NCBI RefSeq assembly: GCF_003704095.1 | Contig: NW_020846492.1 | Span: 372,001 to 436,000, forward strand | Length of the DNA stretch: 64,000 bases | Direction of reading: 5' to 3' | Origin: Pocillopora damicornis | Taxonomy: Eukaryota | The notes under the pieces: model-generated | The model's input: the letters and a program-made list of their open reading frames with translations, nothing else | What the model was told of the DNA's origin: nothing | Database searches by the model: none | Shown: piece after piece, positions 63,430 to 64,000 of the stretch | Layout of the letters: each line of letters opens with the position of its first letter | How positions within the stretch are numbered: the first letter of the stretch is position 1 | Program-made: the position numbers and the translations under genes

Positions 63430-64000
63430 ATGAACCATCAAGGTCTTCTCAGCTCTTTCTTCATTCTGTGTATTGGTGTATTTACCGGAATCACGGTTTC
63501 CATCCAAAGCCATGTTCAAGAGAGAATATTCAAAGACGGTGACATAAATTTAGGTGGAATGTTTCCTCTCCATTTATTCAAGAACGGTCAGGGATCGTCG
63601 TCATCATGTACGGATCTTCGCTCCCGAGTGTTGCTTCTATCAGAGGCCATGATATACGCCGTCGATGAAATAAATAGAAATGGCACAATTCTTCAAAATG
63701 TGACGTTGGGCTACGACATTCGCGATACGTGCGGCAACGAACAAGAAGGCATTTCTATAGCGTCGGATTTTGTTTACGAGAATGCACTTAAACTTGACCC
63801 ACGCTTCTCTGTGACAAACTCTTGTCGTGCGGAAGTCGCGCCATCAAAGGAAGCAACTGTAATAGCAGTCATTGGAGGACTGGATTCTCGTGTTTCTGTC
63901 AACGTGGCAAATGTACTCCAAGTACAAGATGTACCGCAAATAAGCTACGGGGCGTCAAGCGCTGAATTAGCGGGAGCGGAGTTTACATCGTTTTTTCGCA
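63430..64000 (+). CDS. Class C GPCR (mGluR/CaSR-like), signal peptide plus start of Venus flytrap domain; runs off right edge
   Basis: Absent from the ORF track because there is no stop in the window. Translation: MNHQGLLSSFFILCIGVFTGITVS..KDGDINLGGMFPLH..SEAMIYAVDEINRNGTILQNVTLGYDIRDTC..VIAVIGGLDSRVSVNVANVLQVQDVPQISYGASSAEL..FTSFFR. Confidence 0.95.
   Translation, partial: MNHQGLLSSFFILCIGVFTGITVSIQSHVQERIFKDGDINLGGMFPLHLFKNGQGSSSSCTDLRSRVLLLSEAMIYAVDEINRNGTILQNVTLGYDIRDTCGNEQEGISIASDFVYENALKLDPRFSVTNSCRAEVAPSKEATVIAVIGGLDSRVSVNVANVLQVQDVPQISYGASSAELAGAEFTSFFR

Overview
AT-rich, intron-containing eukaryotic DNA with four assembly gaps. The repeat families and gene style suggest a cnidarian, probably a stony coral (inference). 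Genes reconstructed by hand from splice sites and intron phases: (1) a 14-exon minus-strand gene for a tandem-EH-domain, intersectin-like protein that runs off the left edge; (2) head-to-head with it, a nearly intronless NOC4L; (3) a 103-aa orphan ORF with a myristoylation-type N-terminus, followed by a strand-biased GGCGTC cluster; (4) an 11-exon, ~2265-aa gene with an N-terminal plexus/GSE1-like C4 finger, ER/K single-alpha-helix tracts and about a dozen copies of a short (V/P)GKL..F..F(Q/E) motif; (5) a ~8.7 kb single coding exon made of >=26 tandem 79-aa (237-bp) units carrying the same kind of motif; (6) the start of a class C GPCR at the right edge. Non-coding DNA holds TTAA/piggyBac-type MITEs, a tRNA-SINE, a TA-type MITE and Penelope-type fragments with minimal hammerhead-ribozyme motifs and target-site duplications. 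A ~2 kb CpG desert downstream of an E2F/CRE/CCAAT cluster points to a hidden, probably non-coding minus-strand gene. The most interesting candidates are the motif-sharing pair of giant proteins and the hidden antisense transcript.
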